The notes under the pieces are model-generated. The model was not told the origin of the DNA. It worked only from the letters and a program-made list of their open reading frames with translations, and made no database searches. The position numbers were made by a program, and so were the translations under genes. A stretch of 64,000 bases of DNA from the NCBI GenBank assembly GCA_963762255.1, contig CAVXKA010000001.1, forward strand, positions 640,001-704,000, read 5' to 3'. Shown here piece after piece: positions 9,885 to 20,398 of this stretch. The DNA comes from Candidatus Eiseniibacteriota bacterium. GTDB taxonomy: Bacteria; Eisenbacteria; RBG-16-71-46; JABDJR01. Every line of letters starts with the position of its first letter. The first letter of the stretch is position 1.

Positions 9885-11301
9885 CTACGGCCCCCGAAAA
9901 CGCACTTCCGCCTCGCGCTCGCGCCCGCTCGCCGAGTCCGTCACCGCGAACTCGACCGGGAACGGGACGCTGAACGTTCCGCGCGGGATCGTGGCGAAGA
10001 TCGGGATGTCGGCATTGCCCATCGCACCGACGAACACGCGCTTCTGGGGCACGATGAACTCGGGCTCGGGCGTGCCCTCCGGCGGTTCGTGCTTCGACAT
10101 CCAGAAAGAAGACGCGGTCCCGCGCCTCCTTGTTCTCGATGCGCAGCGTGTACAGGTTGCGGATCGTCGTCTCCTCCAGAACGTAGGGCATCCCCTTCGC
10201 GCGAAGTACCTTGACCTCGAAGGGGTCGCGTCTCGATGCGGCCCCCGCGAAAACGGTGAGCCCGATCAATGCCAGCACCGCGTACGCGACGGAGCGAGGG
10301 CGCACCAGCTTCCGCCGCCGGCCTTCCTCGAACCCCCGCTTGGAGTCGTAGCGGACGAGCCCGCGCGGCTTCCCGAGCTTGCCCATGATCTCGTCGCACG
10401 CGTCCACGCAGTTCGCGCAGCCGATGCATTCCATCTGCAGGCCGTTGCGGATATCGATTCCGGTCGGGCACACGACCACGCAGCGGTGGCAGTCCACGCA
10501 GTCGCCTCCCTCATCGCTCACTTTCGAGCGGGGCTCTCCCCGCTTGCCGTCGTAACCCACGATGATGGTGTCGCTGTCGATGAGCGCGGACTGGAGCCTC
10601 CCGTACGGGCAGATCACGAGACACGTCTGCTCGCGGAACCATGCATAGTTGAAGAACATCACCGCGGTCCAGAACATGGTCCAGAAGAACGCCGACGCGT
10701 GCTGGGCGGGGCTCGACGTGAGAGCGTGCTTGAGCTCGCGCACGGGGATGAAATAGGAGAGGAAGGTGTGCGCGATGGCCAGCGACAGGACCAGGAAGAT
10801 CGCGTGCTTCAGGATCTTCCGCCATGCCTTGTCCCGGGTCCAGGGACCCAGGTTCCGGCGGATGCGCGCGGTGCGCTGACCCTCGATGGCCCGCTCGATT
10901 CGCCGGTAGACGGCTTCCAGAAAGACCGTCTGCGGACACGCATAGCCGCACCAGGCGCGGCCGAAAAGCGACGCGAGGACGAACAGCCCGAAGCCCACGC
11001 CGGAGACGAGGAAGAACATCAGGTAGAAGTCCTGATTGCCGAAGCTCATGCCGAAGAGATACGCCGCCCGTCCGGGAAGATCGATGTGGACGGCGGGATG
11101 GCCGTTGACGGTGATCCAGGGAAGAAGCGCGTACACCGCGATGAGGACCGCGAACGCGATGTTCTTGCGGACCTGCCAGCGTCCCTTCACGTCGGCGGGA
11201 TGAAGGAAGTTCCGCGACCCGTCCGCATTGATCGTGTAGACGGTGTCGAGACCGGGCCAGCGAACCTCGGCGCGCTTGATCGGCGCCTTCGTTTCGGACA
11301 T
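9885..11301 (-). CDS. ccoG: cbb3 oxidase accessory ferredoxin CcoG/FixG, frameshift near 10090
   Basis: WCGYACPQ, CPYGRLQ, CVDCHRCVVVCP and CIGCANCVDAC motifs; C-terminus continues in ORF 9885..10100. Confidence 0.9.
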
Positions 11302-11314
11302 GCGAATCAGACCT

Positions 11315-11890
11315 CTACTCGGTCGGTTCCGGCTCCCCCTGCGGCGCCTTGCCGGGCAGGTTCTTCCCCTTGATGGTGAGCACGTAAGCCGTCACGTTCT
11401 GCACGCGTTGAGGGCCGAGCTGGTTCCCCCACGCCACCATCCCCTTGTCGGGAACCCCGTCGGTCACCGTCTTCAGGATGTCCAGCGGCTTGCCGCCGTG
11501 AATCCAATACGCGTCGGTGAGGTTGGGGCCCACGTTCCCCTCGCCGTTCTGACTGTGGCAGACGACACAGAATTGCTCGAAGACCTGCCGCCCCGCGGCC
11601 GCGCGATCGGGCACCTGGCTCATGAGGAGGAGCGCGTCGTCGGTCATCTCCTGACCGGATGCCCGCGCGAGTTGCGCCTCCGCCGCCCGCGTCACCTCCG
11701 CCTGGTAGCGCTCGTCCAGCGTCGGCGCCGCCCCGAACGTCTGATGATAGGCCCAGTAACCGAAGGCGAACACGATGCTTGCGAACAGAATCGTGAGCCA
11801 CCAGTTGGGGAGCCGGTTGTCGTACTCCTGGATTCCGTCGTAGTCGTGCTCGAAGACGCGGTCCTGCTGGTATTTGTCTTCGGTGCTCAC
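11315..11890 (-). CDS. ccoP: cbb3-type cytochrome c oxidase subunit III (monohaem)
   Basis: HDYDGIQEYDNRLPNWW; CVVCH; GPNLTD. Confidence 0.92.
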   Translation of the reverse strand: MSTEDKYQQDRVFEHDYDGIQEYDNRLPNWWLTILFASIVFAFGYWAYHQTFGAAPTLDERYQAEVTRAAEAQLARASGQEMTDDALLLMSQVPDRAAAGRQVFEQFCVVCHSQNGEGNVGPNLTDAYWIHGGKPLDILKTVTDGVPDKGMVAWGNQLGPQRVQNVTAYVLTIKGKNLPGKAPQGEPEPTE

Positions 11891-12081
11891 CGCGTGCCCC
11901 CTCCGTCGTGTTCCGGCGCGTCGTCCTCGAGCGGCAGCGCCGCCACGTGATCGAAGGACTTGCGCTTGATGATGCCCCGCGCGAGATAGATCAGCACCCC
12001 CGCGAAGAACGCCATGAAGAGGATGAAGGCGAGCAGGGGCCAGTGGAGATGTCGGCTCTCGGCCAGGAACTGCTGAAACAT
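11887..12081 (-). CDS. ccoQ: cbb3 oxidase subunit IV
   Basis: Single TM helix with AALPLED tail, located between ccoO and ccoP. Confidence 0.8.
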   Translation of the reverse strand: MFQQFLAESRHLHWPLLAFILFMAFFAGVLIYLARGIIKRKSFDHVAALPLEDDAPEHDGGGTR

Positions 12082-12083
12082 CG

Positions 12084-14465
12084 CTACTGCCCGGCCGCGG
12101 GAGTCGGAGCCCCCACCACCGGCGCCGGAGCTCCCGCCGCCGGCGTCGCCTGCACCGCCGCCGTCACCGGCTGCGGGCCGCGTCCGAGCCGCTGCAAGTA
12201 GGCGATGAGCGCGACGAGATCGCTATCCGCATCCACCTTCACGTCCTGCGTCGCCAGGTCGGCGCGGATCAACTCCCCTTGACTCGTCGCCGTGGCCGCC
12301 GCCGTCGCGATCTCCGCGTCGGCGTAGGGAACGCCCAGCGTCCTCATCACCTTGAGTTTCTTGGCCAGCCCCCCCAGATCCACCTTGCCGGTCTTCATGA
12401 ACGCATACGACGGCATGTTGGAGCCCGGCGAGGTCGAGCGCGGGTCCATGAGGTGCTGATAGTGCCAGAGGTTCGGGTACTTGCCCCCCTCCCGGTGCAG
12501 GTCGGGCCCGGTGCGCTTCGATCCGAACTGGAACGGGTGGTCGTAGATGAACTCCTCGAGGCGCGAGTAGGCGCCGTAGCGCAACGTCTCGGCGCGAAAC
12601 GGCCGGATCATCTGACTGTGGCAGTTGTAGCATCCCTCCCGCACGTAGATGTCGCGCCCGGCCAGCTCGAGCGGGCTGTAGGGCTGCTGGCGAAACGGCG
12701 AAGCGGCGAGGCTCGGCATCGGGTCCTTCTGGCGGATGACGAGGCTCGGAATCAGCTCGGCGATGCCACCGGCCAGGATCGCGAACAGCACGAGGAACGT
12801 GAAGGCGAGCGGCTTCCCTTCGAGGATGTGATGCCAGCTTCGCCCCTCCGGCTGCCGCCGACCTGCCATGAAGTACGCCACCACCACCAGGACCAGCAAG
12901 ACCGCGAACGCCAGCACCGCCTTCGTGATCGACGAGATCGCGAACAGCGCGGCGAACACCACGACAGCCACCGCCAGGAGCACGGGCGCGCCGCCGAGCA
13001 CCTGCCAACTCGTGGGCTGGATCGCGGCGGCCGGAACCACGACGTTCGCCTCGGCGTTGACGGCCTTGCCGGCGCGGATGGTGGCGAGGAGGTTCACCGT
13101 CATCATCACGAACCCGGCGAAGTACATGAGGCCGCCGATGAGGCGCATGTTCCACAGGAAGCGCGCGGAGCGGAGTCCCTCCACGAAGTCGGGGTACTTG
13201 AGGAACCCCTCGCCGTCGAGCGCCCGCCAGAAGAGGCCCTGGTTCACTCCGCTGATCCACATCGCCACCACGTATAGAAGAATCCCGAAGGTCCCGATCC
13301 AAAAGTGCGCGTCGGCCATGCGGGTGGAGAAGAGCTTCGTGCCCCAGAGCCGGGGCACCAGCCAGTAGAGCATCCCCGCGGCCATGAACCCGTTCCAGCC
13401 GAGCGCGCCGGCGTGCACGTGCCCGATGATCCAGTCGGTGTAGTGGGCGAGCGAGTTCACCGCCTTGATCGAGAGGAGCGGCCCCTCGAACGTGGACATC
13501 CCGTAGAAGGTGACGGCCACGATGAGGAACTTCACCACCGGATCGGTGCGGAGCTTGTCCCACGCGCCGCGCAGGGTGAGAAGTCCGTTCAGCATGCCGC
13601 CCCAGGACGGGGCCCAGAGCATGAGGCTGAAGACCATGCCGAGGCTCTGCGCCCAGACGGGGAGCGCGGTGTTCAGGAGGTGATGCGGCCCCGCCCAGAT
13701 GTAGAGGAAGACGAGCGACCAGAAGTGGACGATGGAGAGCCGATAGGAATAGACCGGGCGTCCCACCGCCTTGGGGATGAAGTAGTACATGATCCCCAGG
13801 ATCGGGGTGGTGAGGAAGAACCCCACCGCGTTGTGCCCGTACCACCACTGCACGAGCGCGTCCTGCACGCCCGCGTAGACCGGATAGCTGTGGACGAGGC
13901 TCGTCGGGATCTGGATGTTGTTGACGATGTGCAGCACCGCGATGGTGACGATGGTGGCGATGTAGAACCAGATCGCCACGTAGAGGTTCTTCTCGTTGCG
14001 GATCGCCAGGGTCCAGAAGAAGTTGATCCCGAAGATCACCCAGACCACGGCGATCAGGATGTCCACCGGCCAGATCAGCTCGGCGTACTCCTTCCCCTGC
14101 GTCAGGCCCAGCGGGATCGTGAGCGCGGCGCAGACGATGATGAGCTGCCAGCCCCAGAAGTTGACGCGGCTCAAGAGATCGGACGCCATCCGCGTCTTGA
14201 GGAGCCGCTGCGTCGAGTAGTAGATGCCGGCGAACATCATGTTGCCGACGAAAGCGAAGATGGCGGCATTGGTGTGAAGCGGGCGGAGCCTGCCGAAGGA
14301 GAGCCAGGGCACGCCGAAATTCACCTGCCAGAAGACGAGCTGGGTGGCGATCAGCACCCCGAGGAGCGTCGCCACCAGAGCCCAGACCATCGTGGCGAGG
14401 ACGAAGTTCCTGGTGATCCCGTCGTCATAGACGATGTGCCGGGTCTGGACGGTTCCGGTCTGCAT
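12084..14465 (-). CDS. ccoNO: Fused cbb3 oxidase subunits I and II
   Basis: GRLRPLHTN, WWYGHNAV, WAGPHH, IGHVH; then EGCYNCHSQMIRP and GSKRTGPDL. Confidence 0.95.
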   Translation of the reverse strand: MQTGTVQTRHIVYDDGITRNFVLATMVWALVATLLGVLIATQLVFWQVNFGVPWLSFGRLRPLHTNAAIFAFVGNMMFAGIYYSTQRLLKTRMASDLLSRVNFWGWQLIIVCAALTIPLGLTQGKEYAELIWPVDILIAVVWVIFGINFFWTLAIRNEKNLYVAIWFYIATIVTIAVLHIVNNIQIPTSLVHSYPVYAGVQDALVQWWYGHNAVGFFLTTPILGIMYYFIPKAVGRPVYSYRLSIVHFWSLVFLYIWAGPHHLLNTALPVWAQSLGMVFSLMLWAPSWGGMLNGLLTLRGAWDKLRTDPVVKFLIVAVTFYGMSTFEGPLLSIKAVNSLAHYTDWIIGHVHAGALGWNGFMAAGMLYWLVPRLWGTKLFSTRMADAHFWIGTFGILLYVVAMWISGVNQGLFWRALDGEGFLKYPDFVEGLRSARFLWNMRLIGGLMYFAGFVMMTVNLLATIRAGKAVNAEANVVVPAAAIQPTSWQVLGGAPVLLAVAVVVFAALFAISSITKAVLAFAVLLVLVVVAYFMAGRRQPEGRSWHHILEGKPLAFTFLVLFAILAGGIAELIPSLVIRQKDPMPSLAASPFRQQPYSPLELAGRDIYVREGCYNCHSQMIRPFRAETLRYGAYSRLEEFIYDHPFQFGSKRTGPDLHREGGKYPNLWHYQHLMDPRSTSPGSNMPSYAFMKTGKVDLGGLAKKLKVMRTLGVPYADAEIATAAATATSQGELIRADLATQDVKVDADSDLVALIAYLQRLGRGPQPVTAAVQATPAAGAPAPVVGAPTPAAGQ

Positions 14466-14479
14466 ACGTGAAGAGTCTC

Positions 14480-14650
14480 CTATGTCTTCTGGGAATCGGC
14501 CGGCGGAGATGGATCGTCCTCGTCGAGCGGCAGAAGCGACAACCGGTCGCCGTGCTCGAAATCTCCTTCGCGCACCCGCTTGAATAGGAAGATGAGCGCG
14601 GCCGCCACCAGGATGAGGCTCGCGAACACGGTGATCACTAGGACATCCAC
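14480..14650 (-). CDS. ccoS: cbb3 assembly protein CcoS/FixS
   Basis: 56 aa, one TM helix then GDFEH...LLPLDED; position between ccoI and ccoN. Confidence 0.8.
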   Translation of the reverse strand: MDVLVITVFASLILVAAALIFLFKRVREGDFEHGDRLSLLPLDEDDPSPPADSQKT

Positions 14651-17001
14651 GCGAGCCTCCGTCCGGAGAGCCGGAACGAGGTGAGGGTGACCACGGACAC
14701 CGAACTCACCGGCATCAGGATAGCCGCCACCACCGGGGTCACGAGACCGAGGTAGCACAGGACCAGAGCGAGGGCATTGTACGCGATGGCGAGGGTCAGA
14801 TTCCCCCAAACAACGCTTCGCAACCGGCGGGCGCCCAGAAGCGCACGGCGGACCGCGGCCACGCCCTCGCCCAGGAAGTAGAAATCGGCGCGGCTCGGCA
14901 GGGACGGATGGTCCACCGCGGGGGTGGCTGCGCACGTCGCGGCCTCCAGGCCGGGGCCGTCGTTGAGCCCGTCGCCCACCATCAGGGTGTCGCGGCGGTC
15001 CACCGAGCGGATCCACTCCGCCTTGGCCTCGGGGGTCATCCCGCCGTGTACGCGTTCGCGGGGCACACCGAGGCGCCCCGCCACCGCGAGCACCTTGCCC
15101 GGCGAGTCCCCGCTCAACACGTACACCTCGTAGCCCGCTTCTCCAAGCCGGCGCACCTCTTCCTCCGCGTCGGAGCGGACCTGCTCCTCGAACGTGAAGA
15201 CGGCCAGCGTCCGCCCGTCCGCCGTGAAGGCGGTCTCCGCGCGGTTGCGATGCTCGTCGAAGGCGGGCCGGCCGAGCCGATACTCGTGCCCGTCGACCGT
15301 CATCGCGAGCCCCTGCCCCGCGGTCTCCGTCACTTCGCGATCGGCCGCCACCGACACGAGCGGGTCCGCGACGCGGAGCGCCTCGGCGAGCGCCCGACTC
15401 ACCGGGTGGTTGCTGCGAGCGGTGAGATCGAAGAGCGCCGCGCGATCGCCTGCGGCGAGGTCGGCCAATGTCTCGGCCGATTCGGCGGAGAGTTCCAGCC
15501 GGCCGAGCGTCAAGGTGCCGGTCTTGTCGAAGATGACCTTGCGCACGCCGAGCGCTCGATCCATGAACCCACCGCCGCGCACGAACACTCCGCGCTTGCG
15601 CAGCGCCAGGTGCATGAGCTCGTGGGCGAGCGGCGTGGCGAGACCGAGCGCGCAGGGACAGGTCACCACCAGCACCGCCACCGTGACCTGCACCGCCTTG
15701 TCGAATCCCCGCCCCACCCAGAGCGCGAATCCGAGCGCGGCCAGCGCAAAGACCGCGGTCACGTAGATCGCGCTGACCCGCCGCCACCAGCGCTGGCCCT
15801 CGGCGCCCGACCCGTCCCGCGCCACCGACGGCGAACCCAGAAGATCGTTGAGGTTCGAGGTCGCGAAGTCCTCGCCCGCCGCCGCGCGCATGGTGGTGTG
15901 CCCCGCGTTGATCGCGCCTGCGGGGAGCATCTCTCCCGCGTCCACGCCGCGCACGTCGGACTCGCCGGTGATCCAGTCCAGCGCGACCTCGGCGGGGTGC
16001 TCGACGAGAATCGCGTCCACCGGCACGAAATCGCCGGGCACGATCCAGAGCTCGTCGCCGCGGCGGAGATCGGCGACCGGAATCGACTCGAGCGCGCCGT
16101 CGCGAAAGCGCCGCGCGTAGAGGTTGTCGATCCCGGTGTCGGCGAGAAGCGCGTTGCGGTTGCGCTCGAGCAGGAACTCCTGGAGCCAGCGCCCGATCAG
16201 CATGAGCGCGACGAAGATCGTGACGGTGTCGAAATAGGCGGCCTCGGGGCCGAACTTCAGATAGGAATAGGTCGATCCGGCGAACGCGAGGAGGATGCCG
16301 ACCGCGATGGGCAGGTCGAGGTGGGCGAGGCCTCGGCGAAGGCCCAGCGCGGCCGCCTTGAAGAACACCCATCCCCCGACGCTCACCGATACCAGCGCGA
16401 GCGTGAAGTTGAGCTTTCCGAAAAGCGCGTAGAGCGCGCCCTCGTCGGGGGCCAGGCCCAAGTAATACGAGAGGCTGAAGATCATCACGTTCATCGCCGC
16501 CGCGACGGAGATACCGAGCCGCACGAGGAGTTCGGCGGACTTGCGCGCGGCCGTCTTGCGGCTGGGGCCGAAGCGGTAGCCGAAGCGTTCCGCCTCGGCG
16601 AGCCACGCGCGCAGATCGCCCTTGGCGGGGATCCAGGCCAGGTCGGCCTTGCCGAGCGAGGGGTTGATGCGCAGGTCGAGCCCCCCGTCGTGGCGCCGGA
16701 AGAGTTCCTCGAGAATCCACACGCAGGCCGCGCAGTGGATGCCCTGCACGTCGAGGGTCAACCGGCGCGCCGCGTTGGGATCGCCGGCAGCGGGCATGAG
16801 CGCGTCGAGCCACGCGAACGAGCCGGCGCGCGGTCCGGAGGGCGGCGTGACCGAGCCCCGGCGCAGATCGTAGTAGCGCTCGAGCCCTTCCTCATGGATG
16901 AGCGCGTAGACGCGCTCGCATCCGCCGCAGCAAAAGGTCTCGTTGCGGCGGCGCTGCACCGCGGTCAGCGGGAGCCCGCAGTGAAGGCACGTCTCCCGCA
17001 T
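14638..17001 (-). CDS. ccoI: Cu-translocating P1B ATPase CcoI/FixI
   Basis: CxHC...CCxGC N-terminus, HCAAC, TGES, CPC, DKTGT and GDGLND motifs. Confidence 0.92.
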   Translation of the reverse strand: MRETCLHCGLPLTAVQRRRNETFCCGGCERVYALIHEEGLERYYDLRRGSVTPPSGPRAGSFAWLDALMPAAGDPNAARRLTLDVQGIHCAACVWILEELFRRHDGGLDLRINPSLGKADLAWIPAKGDLRAWLAEAERFGYRFGPSRKTAARKSAELLVRLGISVAAAMNVMIFSLSYYLGLAPDEGALYALFGKLNFTLALVSVSVGGWVFFKAAALGLRRGLAHLDLPIAVGILLAFAGSTYSYLKFGPEAAYFDTVTIFVALMLIGRWLQEFLLERNRNALLADTGIDNLYARRFRDGALESIPVADLRRGDELWIVPGDFVPVDAILVEHPAEVALDWITGESDVRGVDAGEMLPAGAINAGHTTMRAAAGEDFATSNLNDLLGSPSVARDGSGAEGQRWWRRVSAIYVTAVFALAALGFALWVGRGFDKAVQVTVAVLVVTCPCALGLATPLAHELMHLALRKRGVFVRGGGFMDRALGVRKVIFDKTGTLTLGRLELSAESAETLADLAAGDRAALFDLTARSNHPVSRALAEALRVADPLVSVAADREVTETAGQGLAMTVDGHEYRLGRPAFDEHRNRAETAFTADGRTLAVFTFEEQVRSDAEEEVRRLGEAGYEVYVLSGDSPGKVLAVAGRLGVPRERVHGGMTPEAKAEWIRSVDRRDTLMVGDGLNDGPGLEAATCAATPAVDHPSLPSRADFYFLGEGVAAVRRALLGARRLRSVVWGNLTLAIAYNALALVLCYLGLVTPVVAAILMPVSSVSVVTLTSFRLSGRRLAWMS

Positions 17002-17006
17002 TCGGT

Positions 17007-17759
17007 CTACCAGATGACGACGCGGCCGACTTCGAGGTGGCGGACCATGCCGAGCGCGGCGAATCCACGCAACGCGAGCTGCGCCGCTACCAGAAGCACG
17101 AGTACCGCGCCCAGCCGGTTGAGCCGCGCTCTCACCCGCGGACCGATCCGTCCTGAGGCCAGCCCCAACACGAGCAGCACCGGCAGCGTGCCCAGGCCGT
17201 AGATCCCCATGAGGAGCACGCCCACCAACGCGCTGGCCGCCGCCGCCGCGGTGAGCGCCACCGCGATGACCGGCCCGCAGGGCAGGAATCCGTTGGCCAC
17301 ACCGAGGCCGAACTGCTTCGCCCCGGTCTCGCCGGCGAGGAAGCCCTTGATGCGCCGCGTCACCGCGTTCCCCCAACTCGCAGGACCCGACCAATCGCCG
17401 AACGGGAGAACGCCCAGCATCCCCGCGGAGACGACGAGCATGAGCGCGGCGGCCACCAGGGAAAGCGTGCCCTGCACGGTCGTGGTCGAGCCGACCAGCC
17501 GCGTCGCCGAACCCAGAAGCCCCAGCGCGGCGCCGATCAGCGCGTAGCTCAGGATGCGCCCGAGGTGGTAGCGCAGGAGCGGCGCCACGAGCCGTTTCCC
17601 GGTTGCCCCTCGGCGATTCTGCCCCACGCAGAACGCGGCCTGGATCGGCCCGCACATCCCGACGCAGTGGCCGATGCTCATGGTGAGCCCGGTCAGGAAA
17701 ATGAGCGGGAGATCGATGGAGGCCGCACCCGCGGCGACCGGATGGCAGCAGGATTGCAT
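17007..17759 (-). CDS. DsbD_2/UreH-like membrane protein (cbb3 biogenesis, TauE-like)
   Basis: HCVGMCGP, GRILSY and GFLPCG motifs. Confidence 0.85.
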   Translation of the reverse strand: MQSCCHPVAAGAASIDLPLIFLTGLTMSIGHCVGMCGPIQAAFCVGQNRRGATGKRLVAPLLRYHLGRILSYALIGAALGLLGSATRLVGSTTTVQGTLSLVAAALMLVVSAGMLGVLPFGDWSGPASWGNAVTRRIKGFLAGETGAKQFGLGVANGFLPCGPVIAVALTAAAAASALVGVLLMGIYGLGTLPVLLVLGLASGRIGPRVRARLNRLGAVLVLLVAAQLALRGFAALGMVRHLEVGRVVIW

Positions 17760-17825
17760 GGCCCGGAATGGTATCCTCTTCCCCCCGCGAGCGCATCCCC
17801 CAGGCTCCGGGATGGGAGCCGTACC

Positions 17826-18278
17826 GTGGAATCGTCCGTGAATCAGCTCATCCCAAACCTTCAGGTGGCCATCGGACCGGTGATCTTCATCTCCGGGGTG
17901 GGACTCTTGCTCCTCACCATGACCAACCGGTTCGCCCGGATCATCGATCGGACGCGGTCGCTGGCAGCGGTGTTGCCCGAGGCGTCCGAGGACAATCGGG
18001 CGCGCACGGCGCACCAGATCGAGATTCTCTATCACCGGGTCCGGATCATGCGGCGCGCGATCACGTTCTCCGCGGCCTCGGTGTTCTTCGTGAGCGTGCT
18101 GATGCTCGTGCTCTTCGTGGGCGCGCTCATGCATCTCGACTGGGCCGTGCTGGTGACGGCGCTCTTCGCGGGGGCGCTTCTCAGCCTCACCGTCGGGCTC
18201 GCGCTCTTCATCTACGACTTCCGCTTGTCGCTGATCGCGTTGGATCTGGAACTCGGTCGGAAGCGCCCGGAGGCCTAG
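17826..18278 (+). CDS. DUF2721-family membrane protein
   Basis: AIGPVIFISGVGLLLLTMTNRFARIIDR signature. Confidence 0.75.
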   Translation: MESSVNQLIPNLQVAIGPVIFISGVGLLLLTMTNRFARIIDRTRSLAAVLPEASEDNRARTAHQIEILYHRVRIMRRAITFSAASVFFVSVLMLVLFVGALMHLDWAVLVTALFAGALLSLTVGLALFIYDFRLSLIALDLELGRKRPEA

Positions 18279-18279
18279 T

Positions 18280-18711
18280 TCACAGGTTCTTTTCGATGAG
18301 CGCGCGGAACGCGGGCGGAATCGACACGACGCGCCGCGAGGCGGGTTCGATGAAGACGATCCCGGTCTTGGCCAGCGCCACCGTCTCGCCGTTGCCGGCG
18401 TCGGTCACGCGGTAGAGAAGATCGCAGCCGCGCGTCGCGGCCTCGCCGATCGCCACTTCCACCCGCAGCGTCTGGCCGTAGAAGGCTTCGCGATGGTAGG
18501 TCACCGCGAGGTCCACGAGCAGGATCCCGCGGCCTTCGGTGTTGCGCTCCTCGAAGCCGAATGCGCGGAAGAAACGAACCCGCGCCTCGTGCAGGATCGA
18601 GACCAGCCGGTCGTGGGCGAGGTGGTTGCCGTAGTTGAGATCGGTGACGCGGATGGGAATGTCCGTGGTGTGAAGCGTGGGGGCGGTGTAGTCGAGTTTC
18701 AATCGCGCCAT
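18280..18711 (-). CDS. Hotdog-fold acyl-CoA thioesterase
   Basis: RVTDLNYGNHL...EAR motif. Confidence 0.85.
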   Translation of the reverse strand: MARLKLDYTAPTLHTTDIPIRVTDLNYGNHLAHDRLVSILHEARVRFFRAFGFEERNTEGRGILLVDLAVTYHREAFYGQTLRVEVAIGEAATRGCDLLYRVTDAGNGETVALAKTGIVFIEPASRRVVSIPPAFRALIEKNL

Positions 18712-18749
18712 GGTGGGATTGTCTCCCGATCGGACGATTTGCGCCAGTT

Positions 18750-19485
18750 CTACGACGGGGCTCCGAAGATGCCCCGGGCATGCTCCAGGTCCGCCGGCGT
18801 GTCGATCTCGAGACAGGCGAGGTCGCCCAGGTCCACCGGAAACACGGCCTCGCCGCCGCGAATCAGCTCCACGAACGCCGCTTCGTAGAACTCGTCGCGC
18901 CCCGCGCCGCTGCGGACGCGGCGCTCGATCGCCGCGAACAGCTTGGCGGTGAACGCGGGCGAGAACACCTCGATCCCCATCGATTCCCCCGCCGCCTCGG
19001 CGGGCGGGATCGTCTTGGCGATATCGATCACGCGGCCGTCGCGGTCAAGACGCACCTTCATCTCCTCGTCGCCGAGATCCCCCTGCGTGCGCAACGCGAG
19101 CCGGTTCGGGTGCGCGTCGTCGAGCACGCGATCCAGGACCTGCGGCGCGAACGCGATGTCGCCGTCCAGAAGCAGCATCGGGTTCGGGCTCGCCGGTGCG
19201 GGCCAGGAGCAGCGAGAACGCGTTGTTGGTGGTCTCCCATTCCTCGTTGCGCACGAACCGGAACCAGGCTTCGGGATAGCGCTCGCGAAGGGCGGCGCGA
19301 ATCATCTCGCCCCGGTAGCCGTCCACCACGGTGAAGCGGGTCAGGCCGCGCGCGGCGAGGAGATCGACCGTGCGCACGAGGAGCGGCGTGCCTCCCAGCT
19401 CCAGAAGACACTTCGGCCGCGCATCGGTGAGCGGGCGAAGCCGCGCGCCGCGGCCGGCAAGGAGCAGGACGACGCGGATGCTCAC
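18750..19485 (-). CDS. LicC-like phosphocholine/phosphoamine cytidylyltransferase, frameshift near 19181
   Basis: LAGRGARLRPLT..RPKCL and TNNAFSL; continues as LLLDGD...GESMGI...EIDTPADL in ORF 18750..19178. Confidence 0.85.
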
Positions 19486-20387
19486 ACCTCCGCGACCGGC
19501 TGAGCGAGGAGCCGGCGCCGGACCACGAATCGGGCGAGCAACACCCCCATCCCCCACGCGTTGCTCACCGTGACCGCGAACCAGAGCAACCATTCGGGGC
19601 GGTTGAGAGCAGCGGTGACGATGATGACGGTCAACTGCATCGTGGGGCCGGATGGCGACGGCCAGGCGGAGGAGGGGACGGTTGACCTCGGCCCACACCT
19701 CCACCGGGAGCGAGTCCTCGCGGCTCTCGGAGCGGTCCCGCGCGCAGCGTCCTTCCCAGAGGCGGACGTAGATGACGTAGGCGCCGACGAGAAGGCGCTC
19801 GAACCGGTGGTTCCCCTCGCGACGCCACTGCGCCGTCGCATCGACCAGGTCGGCCAGCTCCCCGGCTCGATCCTGCCGACGGCCGTAGATGCGCCGCATC
19901 CACTCGAGGCGCATCCCCTCCACGACCGAGCACCACCAGGTGAAAGAGAGGACCGCGGCCGCGGTGAGGCTCCACCACAACAGCGGCTGGGGATGCCGCA
20001 TCGCCACCGCGTGGCCGATCCCGACCGCCATCGCGAGCGTGCCGATGTAGTCGCCGAGCCCGTCCAGCACGTAGCCGAAGGGAGAACTCATGTTCTTCAC
20101 CCGGGCGAGCATCCCGTCCGCGCAGTCGAAAACGTTGAATGACCAGCACGACAGCCGCGCCCCAGAGGAGCGAAGTCGGCGTGCCGATCCAGAAGAGATA
20201 GCCCGCGACGAGCCCGATCCCGATGCTGGACAGGGTGACCTGGTTCGGGGTGATCGGTGTGCGCCGGACGGCTTGCACGAAGAGGTAGGCCAGCGGCCGG
20301 TACAACACGAGATCCAGGGTCTCTTCGACCTCGGGGGCCTTGAGGGTGGCCAGGTAGTCCGTCCGCAGGCGCCTGCAGCGCTTCCAT
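19482..20387 (-). CDS. CDP-alcohol phosphatidyltransferase, three apparent +1 frameshifts (about 20370, 20140, 19650)
   Basis: Reassembled reading gives EETLDLVLYRP...TPNQVT...DCADGMLAR...G..LDGLGD (D-x2-DG-x2-AR motif). Confidence 0.8.
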
Positions 20388-20398
20388 GACGCGGGTCC

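Noticed and set aside
7999-11301. 1100-aa CcoG-M2 peptidase fusion in the ORF track
   Set aside because: Caused by the frameshift near 10090; the peptidase has its own RBS, ATG and lipoprotein signal at 9807
19045-20112. Apparent CDP-alcohol transferase/nucleotidyltransferase fusion
   Set aside because: Frameshift artefact; the genes meet at a GTGA stop/start overlap at 19482-19485
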